Shown here: one piece after another, positions 49,701 to 63,272 of the stretch | Layout of the letters: every line of letters starts with the position of its first letter | How positions within the stretch are numbered: the stretch's first letter is position 1 | Source of the DNA: Squalus acanthias | Lineage: Eukaryota | NCBI GenBank assembly: GCA_030390025.1 | Contig: CM059432.1 | Span: 3,286,001 to 3,350,000 of the forward strand | DNA length: 64,000 bases | Direction: 5' to 3' | Program-made: the position numbers and the translations under genes | Notes under the pieces: model-generated | What the model was told of the DNA's origin: nothing | Database searches by the model: none | Seen by the model: only the letters and a program-made list of their open reading frames with translations

Positions 49701-49921
49701 CACACGTTCGAGCTGCTAACTAACCTAATCAGGAAAATATCCAGTTGTAAAGTGTTTATTAGGCTATGTTTATCCCGATCATTTACCAATTTGGCCAGAT
49801 GTGATCAGTCAGGTTGATCTTGGCAGAGTACCGTGCGCGCTCAGTTTTATGTAACGGATCAATAAGTAATTGAACTCCCTGTACTGTAGTACAGTACTCG
49901 GACGGGAGGCGGGCAGCAAGA

Positions 49922-50340
49922 GGTCAGCCGGGGCTCAGTGGGTAGCACTCTGAGTCAGGAGATCGTGGGTTCAAGTCCCGCTCCAAAGACAAAATCTAGG
50001 CCGACGCTCCCAGTGCAGTGCTGAGGGAGCGCTGCACTGTCGGAGGTGCCGTCTTTCAGATGAGACGTGAAACCGAGGCTCCGTCTGCCCTCTCAGGTAG
50101 ACATAAAAGATCCCAGGGCACTATTTCGAAGAAGAGCAGGGGGAGTTTCCCAGGTGTCCTCAGCCAATATTTTTCCCTCAATCATCATCAGTAAAAAAAA
50201 AAACTTGGATTAGTTGGTCATTATCTCCTGCATTACAACAGCGACTATACACGTCAAAAAAGTACTTCATTGGCTGAAAAGCACGTTGGGATGTCCAGAG
50301 ATCGTGAAAAGCGCTATAGAAACGCAAGTCTTTCTTTTAT
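49922..50340 (+). mobile_element. DeuSINE (SacSINE1-like)
   Basis: Head, core and tail present. Further partial copies at about 35925-36220, 36258-36410, 37850-38067, 44662-45075, 55952-56295, 56690-57015 and 63650-64000. Confidence 0.75.
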
Positions 50341-50714
50341 CTCATTGCTGTTTGTGGGACCTTACTGTGCGCAAATTTGCCGCCGTGTTTTGGACAGTAC
50401 ATCAAGTGCTTTGGGTTGCCCCCCCGAGGTCGTGAAGGGCGCTACACAAATGCAAGTCATTCTTTTGCTTTTGATCTGAAGTCTGTCAGATGCTGCCATG
50501 TTGCGAGAGACCGATTCAAAGTCTGTTTGATCACACAGCAAGATGCCGAACTTCAGACAAATGGCACTGGGGCTCACAGCTCTCAGCCGTGATGTATTAT
50601 TTACTGTTATTCCGTACAGCAGGCTCCTCGTGGTCCTGAGGGCTCCATGGCAACACACAACAGCATTTAAGCCAAGACGAACAAATAAATTCTTAACTGA
50701 AACATTTTTTTTTT

Positions 50715-51055
50715 TTAAATTCGTTCATGGGATGTGGGCATCGCTGGCAAGGCCAACATTTATTGCCCATCCCTAATTGCCCCTTGAGAAGGTGGTGGTG
50801 AGCCGCCTTCTTGAACCGCTGCAGTCCGTGTGGTGAAGGTACTCCCACAGTGCTGTTAGGGAGGGAGTTCCAGGATTTTGACCCAGCGACGATGAAGGAA
50901 CAGCCGATATATTTCCAAGTCAGGATGGTGTGTGACTTGGAGGGAACTTGGAGGTGGTGGTGTTCCCATGCGCCTGCTGCCCTTGCCCTTCTAGGTGGAA
51001 GAGGTCGCGGGTTTGGGAGGTGCTGCGGAAGAAGCCTTGGCGAGTTGCTGCAGTG
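50715..51055 (-). mobile_element. 3' end of another CR1/L2-group LINE family
   Basis: Minus strand encodes HTILTWKYI..FIVAGSKSWNSLPNSTVG.PSPHGLQRFKKAAHHHLL*. Copies at about 8985-9240, 21880-22185, 45570-45660 and 46797-46925. Confidence 0.7.
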
Positions 51056-54000
51056 CGCTTAACTAGATTGAAAGAATCCCCAGGGAGCAAAAACGTGCTG
51101 AAATACATTTATCGTATAATCAGAGAATCTGACAGCACGGAAGGAGGCCATTCGGCCCATCGTGCCTGTGCCGGCTCTTTGGTCGAGCTCTCCAATTAGT
51201 CCCACTCCCCCCTGCTCTTTCCCCATAGCCCTGTAAAATTTCTCCCCTTCAAGTATTTATCAAGTAAGAACACATTTGGCTCGGGTATAAATTTTTTGAA
51301 GAATCTGTCAGTGATGTGAACACGAAGGGAAGGTTCTAATTAAAGAGAGGAAAGGGGAGTGACATTCAGTAGCTGTACAAGAAACTGAAGTTGGCTTGGC
51401 AAAGTTGACTGAACAAACGCCTGGCAGCTGGAACTAATAAGAGAATTTTGCTAAACATTTCTGCAAGTCAAAGGTTTACTGTGATAACGACAGGCCAGGG
51501 AGGAGGAAACAACACAGATACAGAAGATCAACTGATTCATCGAAATAAAACGGCATCATAGGAGGTTCAAGGAAAAGAAAAGCTGAAACATGACAACAGC
51601 TTGCCTTTACACCGCGTCTTTAACTTTGTGAAACGTCCCAAGGCGCTTCACAGGAGCGATTATCAAACTAAATTTCACACCGAGCCACATAAAGAAAAGG
51701 AAGACAGACTTGCATTTCTATAGCGCCTTTCACGACCACCGGACGTCTCAAAGCGCTTTACAGCCATTGAAGTACTTTTTGAAGTGTAGTCGCTGTTGTA
51801 AGGAGATATTAGGGCAGGTGACCAAAGGTCTGGTCAAAGAAGTAGGTTTTAAGGAATCATAGAATCGCACAGCACAGAAGGAGGCCATTCGGCCCCATCG
51901 AGTCTGCACTGGCTCTTTCGAAGAGCAATCCAGTTAGTCCCACTCCCCCGCTCTTTCCTCATATCCCTGCAATTTTTTCTCTTTCAAGTATTTATCCAAT
52001 TCCCTTTTGAAGGCTGCTGTTGAATCTGCCTCCACCACCCTATCAGGTAGCACGTTCCAAATCCTAACGTTAAAAAGTTTTTCCTCATGTCGCCTCTGGT
52101 TCTTTTGCCAAACATCTTAAATCTGTGACCTCTGGTTATCGACCCTTCAGCCATTGGAAACAGTTTCTCTTTATTTACTCTGTCTAAACCCTTCATGATT
52201 TTTAAACACCTCTATCGCATCTCCCCTCAACCTTCTTTGCTCCAAGGAGAACAACCCCAGCTTCTCCAGTCTATCCACGTAACTGTAATCCCTCATCCCA
52301 GGAACCATTCTGGTAAATCTCTACTGAACTCTCTCCAAAGCCTTCACCTCATTCCTAAATTGTGGTGCCCAGAATTGGAGCGTCTAAAAAGGAGAGAGAG
52401 AGAGAGAGAGAGGGAGAGGCAGAGAAGGTAGAGCGATCCCATTAGTCCCACTCTCCCTGCTCTTTCCCCACAGCCCTGCAAATTTTTCCCCTTCAAGTAT
52501 TTATCCAATTCCCTTTTGAAAGTTACTATTGAATCTGCTTCCACCGCCCTTTCAGGCAGCGCATTCCAGATCACAACAACTCGCTGCGCAAAAAAATTCT
52601 CCTTATCTCGCCTCTGGTTCTTTTGCCAATCACCTTAAATCTGTGTCCTCTGGTTACCGACCCTCCTGCCAGTGGAAACAGTTTCTCCTTATTTACGCTA
52701 TCGAAGCCATTCATGATTTTGAACACCTCTATCAAAGCTCCTCTTAACCGTCTCTGCCGGCCACATCCTAAATCACATCAGGTCCTGTTCACCCATCACC
52801 CCTGTGTACATTGGCTCCCTCCAGTAGTGCCTTACATTTAAAATTCAAATCCCTCCATGGCCTCGCCCCTCATTATCACTGTAATCTCCTCCACCCCCAC
52901 CCCGAGATCTCGGCCCTCCTCCAATTCTGGCCTCTTGCGCATTCCCCGATTTCCTTCGCTGCACCATTGGCGGCCGTGCCTTCAGCTGCCTGGGCCCCGA
53001 GCTCTGGAATTCCCTCCCTAAACCTCTCCGCCTCTCTCTCCTGCTTTAAGACGCTCCTTAAAACCTGCCTCTTTAACCAAGCTTTTGGTCACCTGGCCTA
53101 ATATCTCATGTGGCTCGGTGTCAAATTTTGTCTGATAATCGCTCCCTGTGAAGCGCCCTGGGACGTTTCACTACGTTAAAGGCGCTGTTGTTGTTCACCC
53201 GGGAGGACAGAAAGAGTGGTGAGAAAAGGAAAATCCCAGGAGGTAATTTCCCCATATGTGGCCGCTCACAAATATCTCCCAGTACACTGGCCAGTTTCAG
53301 CAGCAGCACTCACTTTCCTACTAAATTAGGGACAAGTGGTGTAATACACAATGCTCAAGAACTGGTAATATTGGGCCGTGAATGCCAATACAAAAAGGCA
53401 AATAGCACAGCCGGAAAATAAAGGGAAACAACCGTATAGAACCGCTGGTTGGTGAGTCTAGGACTAGGGGGGCAGAGTCTAAAAATTAGAGCCAGGCCTT
53501 TCAGGAGTGAAGTTAGAAACACTTCTACACACAAAGGGTGGTAGAAGTAGAATCATAGAAAGGTTACAGCACAGTAGGGGGCCATTCGGCCCGTCAAGCC
53601 CGTGCCAGCTCTCTGCAAGAGCACTTCAGCTAGTCCCACTCCCCCACCCTTTCCCCGTAGCCCTGCAAATCTTTTCCTTCAGATACTTATCCAATTCCAT
53701 CCAATTCCCTTTTGAAAGCCACGACTGAGTCTGCCTCCACCGCCCTATCAGGCAGTGCATTCCAGCTCCTAACCACTCGCTGCGTAAAAAAGTTTTTCCT
53801 CATGTCGCCTCTGGATCTTCTGCCAATCACCTTAAACCTGTGTCCTCTGGTTCTCGACCCTTCCGCCAATGGGAACAGTTTCCTTCTATCTACTCTGTCC
53901 AGACCCCTCATGATTTTGAACACCTCTATCAAATCTCCTCTCAATCTTCCCTGCTCTAAGGAGAACAATCCCAGCTTCTCCAGTCTATCCACGTAACTAA

Positions 54001-54516
54001 AGTCCTGCATCCCTAGAACTATTCTTGGAAAGTTTGGAACTCTCTTCCACAAACGGCAATTGATGCTAGATCAATTGTTAATTTTAAATCTGAGATTGAT
54101 AGATTTTTGTTCACCAAAGGTATTAAGGGATATGGGCCAAAGGCGGGTCTATGGAATTAGGTCACAGATCAGCTGAGATCTCATTTGAAGGCTCGACGAG
54201 CTAAATGGCCTACTCCTGTTCCTATGTGTTTGTTCGAGTTTTGCATTTTTTCCCCCAATGCCCAGAATCCACCCCATAATTCTGAACAGGAAGTGTTGAT
54301 TCTCCAGCCAGGTGAAACAGCCTCTCAGCATCGTATCTCTCAGCATCTACCCTGTCAAGCCCTCTAAGAATCTTATATGTTTCAATGAGATCACCTCTCA
54401 TTCTTCTAAACTCCAGAGAGTATAGGCCCATTCTACTCAATCTCTCCTCATAGGACAGCCCTCTCATCCCGGAATCAATCTAGTGAACCTTTGTTGCACC
54501 GCCTCCAAGGCAAGTA

Positions 54517-54856
54517 CAGTAAACTCTCGTTTAAACGGCACCTAATTATCCAGAATTCTCTAATAACCGGCAAAATTGATACTCAGAAAACAACACCTCA
54601 ATAACCGGAAATGTTGCCGAGTCCGAGTCCGAGTCTCCCGTGGTGGCCGAGTTAGTCAGTGGAGGTAGTTCTCCAAACTGCCACTACTCGGCTTCTTGGC
54701 GCTGTCGGAAGTCTCTTCCGATCCGAACACCTCAATAGCCAGAAATGTTGCTGAGTCCGAGTCTCCCGTGGTGGATATACCTCTCCGTTATCCGGAATTT
54801 TTAATCAACCGGCACCATCCCGGTCCCGTCGGTGCCGGATACGAAAGAGTTTACTG
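54517..54856. mobile_element. Tc1/mariner-pogo (Tigger-like) MITE inserted in a CR1 fragment
   Basis: TIRs CAGTAAACTCT..CGGCACC and GGTGCCGG..AGAGTTTACTG, with a TA duplication on both sides. Internal duplicated segment GAAATGTTGCyGAGTCCGAGT..CTCCCGTGGTGG. Confidence 0.85.
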
Positions 54857-57039
54857 TACATCCTTCCTCGGGTACGGAGACCAAAACTGTGCACAGTACT
54901 CCAGGTGTGGTCTCACCAAGGCCCTGTACAACTGTTACTCTTGTACTCCAACCCCCTTGCAATAAAGGCCAACATGCCATTTGCCTTCCTAATTGCTTGC
55001 TGTACCTGCATGCTAACTTTCTGTATTTCCTGTACAAAGACACCAAAATCCCTCTGAACATCAACATTTAATAGTTTCTCACCATTTAAAAAATGTGGGG
55101 AATCCAAAACTGGGGGCCATAAATAGAAGATAGTCACCATCAAATGTTCCCTGTAATTCTTTTTTTGGTGCGCGGGTCCTTTTTAAGTGGCTGCACTGCG
55201 CACTGAAATCTCCGTGCATGCGGAGGTATACCAACTGAAAAGCCGGCGCGCGGCCTGCGCGGGACCTCCAGACCTCAACGGGAAGGTTGGTCACTAATAA
55301 ATCCAAATCGGGAATTCGGGAGAGACTTCTTTACCCAGAGAGTGGCGAGAATGTGGAACTCGCTACCACGGAGTGGTTGAGGCCAATAGCGTAGATGCAT
55401 TTAAGGGGAAGCTGGATAAGCACATGAGGGAGAAAGGAATAGAAGGACATGTCGATAGGCTGAGATGAAGAGGGGGGTGGGAGGGCAATGCTCCCGTTAA
55501 TGAGCCGGCTGCACGGGAGGTCCAGGGAAGCTGCCCGGCTTAAAGGGAACATTGGTGGGAGGAGGCTCGTGTGGAGCATAAACGTCGGCATGGACCAGTT
55601 GGGTCGATTGACCTGTCTCGGTGCTGCAGACAGGCGATGGTAATAATGATAGAGGTTCAAACTGCCTCATTTTAGAAATTATAACAGCAATGTTCAATCC
55701 GTGCTGGGTCTTTAACCTCCACATGAGCAGTAATCCTATTCCCATGTGCGTGGGCTGCTCCCAGTTCACTTTTCCATTAACAAATTATCTAACCTATCCT
55801 TAAATGTGGACATAGCCTCTGCTTCAATCACCAACTTGCGGCAGTGCAGCACACGGCTTCACAAGCCTGTGTTTAAAAAAAAAAGTTCTTCCTACATTAA
55901 TGACTTGGATGAAGGAATAGAGTGTGTTTCCAGATGACAGTGCATTAGGAGGCAGTGCTGAGGGAGTGCTGCACCGTTGGAGGTGCCGTCTTTCGGGTTG
56001 GACATTAAACCGAGTCTGCGCTCTCAGGTGGATGTAAAAGATCCCAGGGCACTATTTCGAACAAGAGCAGGGGAGTTTCTCCTGGCCAATATTAATCCCT
56101 CAATCAACATCACTAAAAACAGATTATCTGGTCATTATCACATTGCTGTTTGTGGGAGCTTGCTGTGCGCAAATTGGCTGCCGCATTTCCTACATTACAA
56201 CAGTGACTACATTTCAAAAAGTACTTCATTGGCTGTAAAGCGCTTTGGGACGTCCTGAGGTCGTGAAAGGCGCTACAGAAATGCAAGTTCTTTCATAGCA
56301 AGTTCTATGGGAGGGAGCAGGAGGTTACAAAGAGACATAGACAGAACAAAGTGAGTGAGCAGAACTGTGGCAGATGGAGTTCAATCTAGGGAAGGGCGAG
56401 GTCAGCCACGTCTGATAAGAGAAAGACAAATTGGAATACGTTCTTAATGGTGTGAGAGACTCTGAACAATGGAGGAGTAAAGAGATTTAGGTGTCCTTGT
56501 ACACAAATCACTAAAGGCTAGCACACAGGCACAGAATGTAATCAAAAAGGTTAATGGAATGTCGGGCTTTATCTCAAGGGGCCTGAAATACAAAAGTGAG
56601 GAGGCTTCGGAATTCGGTTTTGGGCACCCAGTCACAGGAAAGATATTTTGGCCTTGGAGGGGGCACAGCACAGATTCAGCAAGAAAAAAGGACTTCAATT
56701 TCCATTGCATCTTTTCACAACCTCAGCACTTCACAAAGCGCTTTAGAAGCAATGAAGTGTAGTCACTGTTGAAATGTGGCAGCCAATTTTGCGCACAGCA
56801 AGCTCCCACAAACAGCAACGAGATAATGACCAGATAATCCGGGTTTTTTTTAAAAAAAAAGTTACGTATAAATATTGGCCAGGACACCGGGGAGAACGCC
56901 CCTACTCCTCTTCGGAATAGTGCCCGTGGGATCTTTTACGTCCACCTGAGAGCGCAGACGGGGCCTCGGTTTAACGTCTCATCCGAAAGACGGCACCTCA
57001 GACAGTGCAGCGCTCTCTTGGATCACAACCACCGCTTCC

Positions 57040-57410
57040 CATATCCTCAGGCAGCAGGTGCTGGTAATGGTTCCGCTGTAGCCATTCACACCTCCTCTAG
57101 ACCCATCTTTTGTTTCTTTACTTGTCCCATTACCACCTCCTTTTTGCCTCGCACCATCGTCCCTTTTGTCATTTAATCTCTCCTGGCTTCCACCTCATCA
57201 CAGACCTCCCCCTTTGTTCATTCCCCTCTCTACTACCTCCCCACTTTCCCCAGGCTCTGCACTTGCTTATAAACTGTTAAATCTCTAACTGTTAAATCTC
57301 TAACTTCTTCCAGTTCTGATGAAAGGTGGTCTACCTGAAACGTTAAACTCTGTTTCTCTCTCTCCACGGATGCTGCCCAACCTGCTGTGCATTTTCCAGC
57401 ATGCTCGGTG
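57040..57410 (+). mobile_element. Family B repeat tail, probably a Penelope-like 3' terminus
   Basis: Pyrimidine-rich segment, then the hammerhead, then CTCTGTTTCTCTCTCTCCACGGATGCTGCC...TTTCCAGCAT. Related copies at 1-80, about 13640-13740, 17025-17146, 32840-33090, 33520-33635, 43170-43255 and 43480-43664. Confidence 0.6.
57312..57349 (+). ncRNA. Hammerhead motif (family B)
   Basis: AGTT-CTGATGA-A-AGGTG-GTC-TACCT-GAAA-CG-TT-AAACT (one extra A in stem I). Lies within a repeat tail at about 57040-57410. Confidence 0.7.
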
Positions 57411-58941
57411 TTCAGATCTGGTCAGGCCGCGTTATTTCTGATGTCGTGTTAAGTAGCTTGCTAACGTCCCTCTTTCCAGCCTCCAGAGGAAGTACCATAA
57501 TTGTTCAAAATGCCATTGCTTGTGCCCTGTCCGCCCATTAATCTCCACGTATCAAAAGTTTAAAATCACGGTCTCTACCCTCTTCAAATCCCTTCGCTGC
57601 CTCACACCAGGCCCTTTCTCTGCAACCCACTTCAGCCTCATTCCCTCCCCCACTGCCACTCTCGAAGAGAGACTATGATGTGCACACAGTGAATGTTTCG
57701 CTCTTTAACCAGCCCCCGCCCCACAACATTGTTTATTTGGTGAGGGGCAGAGGTGGAAAAGAGGAAACCTGCCCTGACTTGCCCCCATTCAGAGAGCACA
57801 GTGAAAACCCTAAGCCCAGTCTAAAATCAGAAGCATACAGGACAGACGGAGGCCAGTCGGCCCATCGTGCCTGTGCTATCCAATTCGTCCCACTCCCCTG
57901 CCCTTTCCCCGATAGCTCGGCACTGCTAATTTTTCCTTTTCAAGTATTTCTCCAATTCCCTTTTGAAAGTTATTACTGAATCTGCTTCCACCGCCCTTTC
58001 AGGCAGCGCGTTCCAGATCACAACAACTCGCTGCGTAAAAAAAAATTCTGCTCATCTCCCCCCTCTGGTTCTTTTGCCAATTACTATAAATCTGTGTCCT
58101 CTGGAAACAGTTTCCCCTTATCTACTCTTCGCAAAACCCCATCAATTTTGACCACCTCCGTTAAATCTCCCCATATACCTTCTCCAGTCTCTCCACATAA
58201 CTGAAGTCCCTCATCCCGCCTACCATTCTGGTCAATCTCCTCTGCGCCCTCTCAAAGGCCTCGACATCCTTCCTAATGAACGCTGCCCGGAATTGGACAC
58301 AATACTCCAGCTGAGGCCTAACCAGCAATTACTTTAAACCTGTGTCCTCTGGTTACCGACCCTCCTGCCAGTGGAAACAGTTTCTCCTTATTCACTAAAG
58401 CCCCATAAAAATCAATAGTCTTCAACAGCACAGAGTTATACACCAAAGCCTCAAAGTGCTGCAGCGCTCATAATGCCTGACCAACGGATGTGTAAAAGGA
58501 ATGCTGTGCTTTATAATAGGAACAAAGGGCCAGGGAATTATAGACAAGCCATTGTGGTAAACATGAAATGGAGGCCTGTATACCAGAATGTACAGTGAGC
58601 AACCACAGCACAATTCCGAACTCCATTTGTACCGAGGCTTCTTTTTTTAAATGTGTAAGCAGGCCCGATAAACAAAAGTGCAAATGGAAGAACCCTTTTT
58701 CAGTCGGTCTATTTTTGAACCAAGTACCACTGGGAACTTGCACCACAAACACCTTTTTCATATTACACATTACAACAGTGACTACACTCCAAAAGTACTT
58801 CATTGGCTTTTAATGCGCTTTGAGACGTCCGGTAGTCGTGAAAGGCACTACAGAAATGCAAAGTCTTTCTTTCTTTCGTAAAGCCCGCATCAGTGTGAAG
58901 CAGCTTCGACTCCCCGACTTCTTCCGCAAACGGCAATTGAT

Positions 58942-59412
58942 GTCAGCCGTGGCTCAGTGGGTAGCTCTCTCTCGCCTCTGAGTCAGAAGGTTGTGGGTTC
59001 AAGTCCCCACTCCAGAGACTTGAGCACAAAAATCTAGGCTGACAATCCCAGTGCAGTGCTGAGGGAGTGCCGCACTGTCGGAGGTGCCCGTCTTTCGGAT
59101 GAGACGTTAAACCTAGGCCCCGTCTGCCCCTCGGGTGGACGTAAAAGACCCCACGGTCACTATTTCGAAGAAGAGCAGGGGAGTTATCCCCGGTGTCCTG
59201 GTCAATCAACCAATCCCTCAATCAACCACTAAAAAAACCCAGATTATCTGGTCATCACATTGCTGTTTGTGGGAGCTTGCTGTGCATAAATTGGCTGCCG
59301 CATTTCCTACATTACAACAGTGACTACACTTCAAAATAGTACTTCGTTGGCTGTAAAGCGCCTTGGGACATCTGGTGGTCGTGAAAGGCGCTATAGAAAT
59401 GCAAGTCTTTTT
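58942..59412 (+). mobile_element. DeuSINE (SacSINE1-like), full-length representative
   Basis: tRNA head GTGGCTCAGTGG..GGTTCAAGTCCC, central GGATGAGACGTTAAACC..AAAAGA..CCCA..CTATTTCGAAGAAGAGCAGGGGAGTT, L2-like tail GGCGCTATAGAAATGCAAGT. Confidence 0.8.
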
Positions 59413-62400
59413 TTCCTTCAACTTCAATTGTTAATTTTAAATCTGAGATTGATAATACCTTTGGTTAACAAAAAGCTAAGTGAAATGGGGCAAAGACTGG
59501 GTACATGGAGTTAGGTCGCAGATCATCCATGATCCAGACTCGAGGGGCTGAATGGCCTCCTCCTGTTCCTATTATTGCTAACATGCCAGTTAAGTTAGTG
59601 TGTTGCTTAGATTTAGTTTCATTTTATGCAAAAATATTGAATGTGGTTGGGGGGGGGGGGGGAAGAGAAGAGCAAATCCCGACAGTCGATTGTGAAACGA
59701 GTCTTGTATCGCTCAGATTCCAACGTGAAAAATTCTAAATGTGGCTGGGTCTCATCCTTAGCGTAATGACCCCAAGGAAAGAACCGGTTCCATTCTCAAC
59801 CAGGGTCCAGTTATCGTATATCGAACAAGCTGGCCGGCAGCACTTGATTATATACCCCAATCTAAATGCTTACTACACAATGTTAAACTTTACAATCCCA
59901 TTACAGCATTCAAAGATTGAATGCGTTTTACGTGACTTTTGAAACTCTTATATAGCTAATCTTTGGAAGAATCCATGAAGTACTATCCTAAAATTAATAT
60001 AATTCAAATATTGCATTTAAGGGAAAGCTAGATCAGCACATGAGGGAGAAAGGAATAGCAGGATATGCTGATAGGGTGAGATGGAGAGGGGAAGAGAGGA
60101 GGCTCATGTGGAGCATAAACACCGGCACGGACCAGTTGGGCCGAATGGCCTGTTTCTATCCTGTAAGTTCTGTGCAAAAATAAAAACAAATTCTCAACAC
60201 AGAGTGAGGCAGAGAGTTATAATCTTGTGTTATATTGAATGTACAGCACAGAAACAGGCCATTCGGCCCAACTGCTCCGTGCCGGTGTTTCTGCTCCACA
60301 CGAGCCTCCTCCCGCTCCTCTTCATCTCACCCCATCACCATATCCTTCGATTCCTTTCTCCCTCATGTGTTTATCTAGCTTCCCCTTAATGCATCTGTGT
60401 TATTCGCCTCAACCACTCCCTGTGGTAGCGAGTTCCACATTCTCACCACTCTCTGGGTAAAGGAGTTTCTCCTGAATTCCTGATTGGATTCATTAGTGAC
60501 TATCTTCTATTGATGGCCTCTAGTTTTGGATCTCCACAAGTGAAAACATCTTTACTACACCTACCCTGGTGAACCCCTTCATAATTCACCAGGTTCACCA
60601 GACTGATTCCTGGGATGGGGGGGATTGTCCTATGAGGACAGATTGAGTAGACTAGGCCTATATTCTCCAGAGTTTAGAAGAATGAGAGGTGATCTCATTG
60701 AAACATACAAAATTCTTACAGGGCTTGACAGGGTAGATGCAGGGAGGATGTTTCCCCTGGCTGGGGAGTCTAGAACCAGGGGTCACAGTCTCAGAATAAG
60801 GGGTCGGCCATTTAGGACTGAGATGAGGAGAAATTCCTTCACTCAGAGGGTGGTGAATCTTTGGAATTCTCTACCCTAGAGGACTGTGGAGGCTCAGTCG
60901 TCGAGTATATTCAAGACAGAGATCGATAGATTTTTGAATATTAAGGGAATCAAGGGATATGGAGATCGGGCAGGAAAGTGGAGTTGAGGTCGAAGATCAA
61001 CCATGATCTTATTGAATGGCGGAGCAGGCTCGAGGGGCCAAATGGCCGACTCCTGCTCCTAATTCTTATGTTCTCTTTTCTAGAGAAAAGAGCCCATTTA
61101 CTGGTGCCCTCCCCAATTACTGGTTACATCACGTGAACAAGTGACGATTCGTCAACGGGTACGTCTGGACAGGGGAACGTGCACTTTGATTTCTATTCTC
61201 ACTGCCCACTTGTCACTCCACAAAGTGCGTTGTAAAGCTGCAGCTATTAAGTTGGGAAATGTGCAGAGAGTGAAACAGAATGGGCTGGGAATACTATAAG
61301 CTTGGCCCTTGGTGCCATCCGGCCTGCACGGCAGGATTTAAGAGCGGCCCACTTACCTTGGTAAACAAACTCAAGTCGCAAGCGAGAGAGTGTGCACAGC
61401 TGCACCATCTCGCTTTGATTGATGAGTTTCACACAAGGCTCTAAAACACACAACATTCCGACAGAAGAGGCAGGGCCAGAGACGGGCGATGTTACGCTTG
61501 ATACTGGTTGCGGCCAACAAATCTAGAGTCTACAATTTGCCATTGGACCGTGCACGTTAAATGGCTGCCCCCGACCACCCCACCCCCCAGTGTTTTGTTC
61601 TTTAACACCTACAAATATGGACTTCGAAAGTTTTCTATAAAAGTGGCACTGTAAAGATCCAAAAGGGACCTCGAAGGTCCTCAAAGTGATCTGGATGAGG
61701 TATCTGAATTCCCCACCACTGGTTTCAACAACTTGTATTTATACAGCGCCTTTAACATAGTAAAAACGTCCCAAGGTGCTTCACAGGAGTGATTATAAAA
61801 CAACATTTTTGACACCGAGCCACATGAGGAGATATTAGGGCAGGTGACCAAACGCTTGGTCAAAGGGGTAGGTTTTAAAGGAGCGTCTTAAAGGAGGAGA
61901 GAGAGGCGGAGAGGTTTAGGGAGGGAATTCCAGAGCTCGGGGCCCAGGCAGCTGAAGGCACGGCCGCCAATGGCGGGGCGATTAAAATCGGGGATGCGCA
62001 AGTGGCCAGAATCGGAGGAGCGCAGAGATCTCGGAGGGTTGTAGGGCTGGAGGAGGTTACAGAGATAGGGAGGGGGTGCGAGGCCATGGGAGGGGTTCGA
62101 AAACAAGGATGAGAATTTGCCACATCTGGAAGTGAGATAATTCTTCCTAATGCAGCCACTGAGAAAAAAAAATCTTTATAGCAGACAGACAGTGCACCGA
62201 TGCACGGTTGGTTCTACATAATATCCTTCAACCCAGTTCTGTCAGTTCTCTTCTCTAGGCCCCGACCTTCCCAAACTTCAAGAGTACTTGTTGTCTTATC
62301 TCCCATGGTGCTTCAGTCCATATCCACAAAAGCAAATTCATTTCAAAAGTTTGGACCAGTTATACTGGCTCTACCAAACAAGGCAGGCTGAACACGCCGG

Positions 62401-62489
62401 GGATCTTTTTTCTAGAAAGGAGAAGGCTGAGGGGTGACCTGATAGAGGTCTTTAAAATTATGAAGGGGTTCGAAAGGGTAGACTTTGGT

Positions 62490-63272
62490 AGGAAGAATAG
62501 AAAAACAGAATATTTTTTTAAATGCTGAGAAACTTTCAAATGCTGGTGTTGAGAGAGATTTGGGTGTCCTCGTGCAAGAAACACAGAAAGCTACTATGTA
62601 GGTACAGCAAGCAATAAGGAAGGCAAATGGCATGTAGGCCTTTATTGCAAGGGGGTTGGAGTATAAGAGTACGGAAGTCTTGCTACAATTGTACAGGTGT
62701 GGTCTCACCAAGCCCTGGAGTACTGTGCACAGGTTTGGTCTCCTTATCTAAGGAAGGATATACTTGCTTTGGAGGCGGTGCAACGAAGGTTCACTGGATT
62801 GATTCCTGGGAGGAGAGGGCTGTCCTATGATGAGAGATTGTGTAGAATGGGCCTATACTCTCTGGAGTTTAGAAGAATGAGAGTTAATCCAGTGGAAACA
62901 TACAAGATTCTGAAGGGGATTGACAGGATAGATGCGGAGAGGTTGTTTCCCCTGGCTGGAGTGTCTAGAACTAGGGGGCATAGTCTTAGGATAAGGGGTT
63001 GGCCATTTAAGACTGAGATGAGGAGGTATTTCTTCACTCAGAGGGTTGTGAATCTTTGGAATTCGCTGCTCCAGAGGGCTGTGGATGCTGAGTCTTTGAG
63101 TATATTCAAGGCCGAGATAGATAGATTTTTGGACTCTAGGGGAATCAAGGGATATGGGGATCGGGCGGGAAAGTGGAGTTGAGGTCGAAGATCAGCCATG
63201 ATCTTATTGAATGGCGGAGCAGGCTCGAGGGGCCGTATGGCCGACTCCTGCTCCTATTTCTTATGTTCTTAT
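62490..63272 (+). mobile_element. CR1 LINE 3' fragment
   Basis: ORF 62697-63182 plus the CR1 3'UTR. Similar fragments at about 875-1448, 5450-5910, 7170-7700, 16360-16990, 20350-20840, 23425-23905, 47830-48312, 51855-52760, 53455-54515 and 60590-61075. Confidence 0.9.
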
